Source of the DNA: Macrostomum hystrix
Lineage: Eukaryota > Animalia > Platyhelminthes
Direction of reading: 5' to 3'
NCBI GenBank assembly: GCA_950097015.1
Contig: CATNEN010000025.1
Coordinates: 4,154,001-4,218,000, forward strand
DNA length: 64,000 bases
The stretch's first letter is position 1. Each line of letters begins with the position of its first letter. The translations under genes and the position numbers were made by a program. The notes below the pieces were generated by a model, which searched no databases, was not told where the DNA came from, and worked only from the letters and a program-made list of their open reading frames with translations. Of the stretch, positions 61,651 through 64,000 are shown piece after piece.

Positions 61651-64000
61651 TCAGTTGCAGGCAGAGGTAGCCAGGCTTCGCTGGAAGTGGGTGGATAGAA
61701 ATATGCAATTTAGTGAGCTGCCAGATAGACAATTACGTTTTTATCTAACAGGAGTCCTATCTTGAGTCTTTAGCAGGTATTTCAGCTAGAATCGTAGCCA
61801 GATCTCTAGCGAACGGTCTAAAAACGGTCTAAGAAACATTCATGGTATCGCAGAAGCAATCGTAACATGGATTCAAGAGTCCCGGTAAGAATTACACCAG
61901 GTATCGCAGCTATAGTTACAGCTGAATTTCCAGTTAGAATCGCAGCTGATATTCCAGTTAGAATCGCAGTAGGAATCGTAGCAAAAGTTAAACCTGAAAT
62001 TCCAGTTAGAATCGCAGCAGGAATTCCAGTTAGAGTCGCAGCTGGAATTCCAGTTAAAATCGCAGTAGGAATCGTAGCAAAAGTTAAACCTGAAATTCCA
62101 GTTAGAGTCGCAGCAGGAATCGCAGCTGGAATTCCAGTTAAAATCGCAGCAAGAATCGCAGCAGGAATCGTAGCTAGAATTACAGCTGGAATTCCAGTTA
62201 AAATCGCAGCAAGAATCGTAGCTAGAATTACAGCTGGAATTACATTTAAAATCGCAGCAGGAATCGTAGCAGGAATCGTAGCTAGAATTACAGCTGGAAT
62301 TCCAGTTAAAATCGCAGCAGGAATCATAGCAGGAATCGTAGCTAGAATTACAACTGGAATTCCAGTTAAAATCGCAGCAAGAATCGTAGCTAGAATTACA
62401 GCTGGAATTACATTTAAAATCGCAGCAGGAATCGTAGCAGGAATCGTAGCTAGAATTACAGCTGGAATTCCAGTTAAAATCGCAGCAGGAATCGTAGCTA
62501 GAATTACAGCTGGAATTACATTTAAAATCGCAGCAGGAATCGTAGCAGGAATCGTAGCTAGAATTACAGCTGGAATTCCAGTTAAAATCGCAGCAAGAAT
62601 CGCAGCAGGAATCGCAGCATCAATCGCAGCAAGAATCGCAGCAAGAATCATAGCAGGAATTTTAGCTAGAATTCCAGCTGGAATTCTATTTAAAATCGCA
62701 GCAGGAATCGTAGCTAGAATTACAGCTGGAATACAATTTAAAATCGCAGCAGGAATCGTAGCTAGAATTACAGCTGGAATTCCAGTTAAAATCGCAGCAA
62801 GAATCGCAGCAGGAATCGTAGCAAAAGTTAAACCTGAAATTCCAGTTAGAATCGCAGCAGGAATCGCAGCTGGAATTCCAGTTAGAGTCGCAGCAGGAAT
62901 TCCAGTTAAAATCGCAGCAAGAATCGCAGCAGGAATCGTAGCTTGAATTACAACTGGAATTCCAGTTAAAATCGCAGCAAGAATCGAAGCAGGAATCGTA
63001 GCTAGAATTACAGCTGGAATTCCAGTAAGAATCATAGCAGGAATCGTAGCTAGAATTACAGCTGGAATTCCAGTTAAAATCGCAGCAAGAATCGAAGCAG
63101 GAATCGTAGCTAGAATTACAGCTGGAATTCCAGTAAGAATCGCAGCAGGAATCGTAGCTAGAATTACAGCTGGAATTCAAGTAAGAATCGCAGCAGGAAT
63201 CGTAGCTGTACGATTACAGCTGGAATTCCGGCTGTAATTACAGCTGGGCCACTCGCGAATCAGGCAGTCACCAAAGACACTGTGCAACGGAACGCTTAGA
63301 ATGACCATCGAACACTGGCTTATTTGTATGCAATTCGAAAATCTTCGGATCAAGACACGCATTATTAGAGGCCATGGCAAGCAGGTATAAGTTAAAAAGC
63401 CTCAAGTGGCACGTTTTTTGAAAAGTGGACACTCAGACGCACATTTCAACACTACCTTCACTTTGCTACGACTGATATAACTAAATCGCAGCAATTCTCA
63501 CCTTAATCAACTGCTCCTGCCTCTGCATGATGTCCTCGTAGGAGCTCAGCCGCTCCTTGAGCTGCCGCACCTGTTCTATCATTAGCGGTGCGTTCTCGCT
63601 GTCAGACTCCGCCGTCGACCTACCCGATAGCGCGCCGGCGTTGGCTGCGCCGTTGCTGCCGAAGCCGCTGGCCGTCCGGGCAAGGCAAGATCGCAGCCTG
63701 TCGCAGGCGACCTTCAGCTGCCGATCCAGCCTGTCCTTCACCAGCTGGTAGGGCAGCTTCAACAGGCCGTCGTGCAGTTCCTCATCGGCCTCATCATCGC
63801 TCACTCGTTTGCCAACCTCGCCGCCGTCTGGCGCGATTGTCAGCGCATTCTCGTCCTGCTCCGCGGCAGCCGCCGTTGATTTCATTGAATTGGTTGTCAA
63901 TGACAACAGCTGCAACTCGCGCAGCTGGCGATGCACACGAAACAAAGAGTCGCGCAGCTCTTGATTCTCGGCGGCCAGCTCGGCTTGGCGAGACTCCAGC
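61651..64000 (-). CDS. SSX2IP: 3' part of a probable afadin/alpha-actinin-binding protein (SSX2IP/ADIP/Msd1 family) coiled-coil gene; 5' end lies outside the window
   Basis: The exon from >64000 to 63502 reads LESRQAELAAENQELRDSL...LLKLPYQLVKDRLDRQLK...YEDIMQRQEQLIK and ends at donor AAG|GTGAGA. It resembles ADIP-family YE.RQ..L..EN.EL and LPF...RDQIE.S. A candidate last exon at 61680-61651 (RSLATSACN*) follows CCACTTCCAG. Confidence 0.55.
61780..63250. repeat. Mosaic 12-bp minisatellite (AATCGCAGCAGG / AATTCCAGTTAA / AATTACAGCTGG / AATCGTAGCTAG)
   Basis: 12-bp periodicity with mixed variant units. It lies inside the predicted last intron of the ADIP-like gene. Confidence 0.92.

Noticed and set aside
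61818-63180. Ala/Ile/Pro-rich and Cys/Ser-rich (metallothionein- or keratin-associated-like) repeat ORFs
   Set aside because: A 12-bp unit array is open in several frames on both strands and lies within a predicted intron. The starts are mostly non-ATG and there is no signal peptide.

Overview
Eukaryotic animal genomic DNA, most likely from a flatworm. The evidence is a flatworm-type EF-hand/dynein-light-chain (TAL) gene; the GC-rich, Ala-rich exons and minisatellite-filled introns suggest a Macrostomum-like free-living species, which is inference only. Bases 1-26.8 kb are a 17-bp satellite array with variant units and multi-kb higher-order duplications. The rest is a gene-dense, repeat-invaded region. 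Genes: TAL-like (-), 5-exon alanine aminotransferase (+), 2-exon TMEM243 (-, whose first exon is not in the ORF track), 2-exon INTS4 (-), intronless TXNDC16-like (+), 3-exon FCP1/SCP (NIF) phosphatase homolog with a degenerate DLEGT motif (-), a divergent DNPH1/Rcl-like N-glycosidase (+), and the 3' part of a probable SSX2IP/ADIP gene (-). Mobile elements: an intact Ty3/gypsy (Mag-like) LTR element with identical LTRs, a Merlin DNA-transposon deletion derivative with an 8-bp TSD, a fold-back MITE family and a decayed hAT-like transposase. Several unrelated minisatellites are also present. I found no CRISPR array, rRNA or convincing tRNA, and no clearly new multi-gene system. The strongest leads are two enzymes with altered active sites, a possible trans-spliced INTS4-TMEM243 operon, and young transposons. 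All family assignments come from remembered sequences, not database searches.
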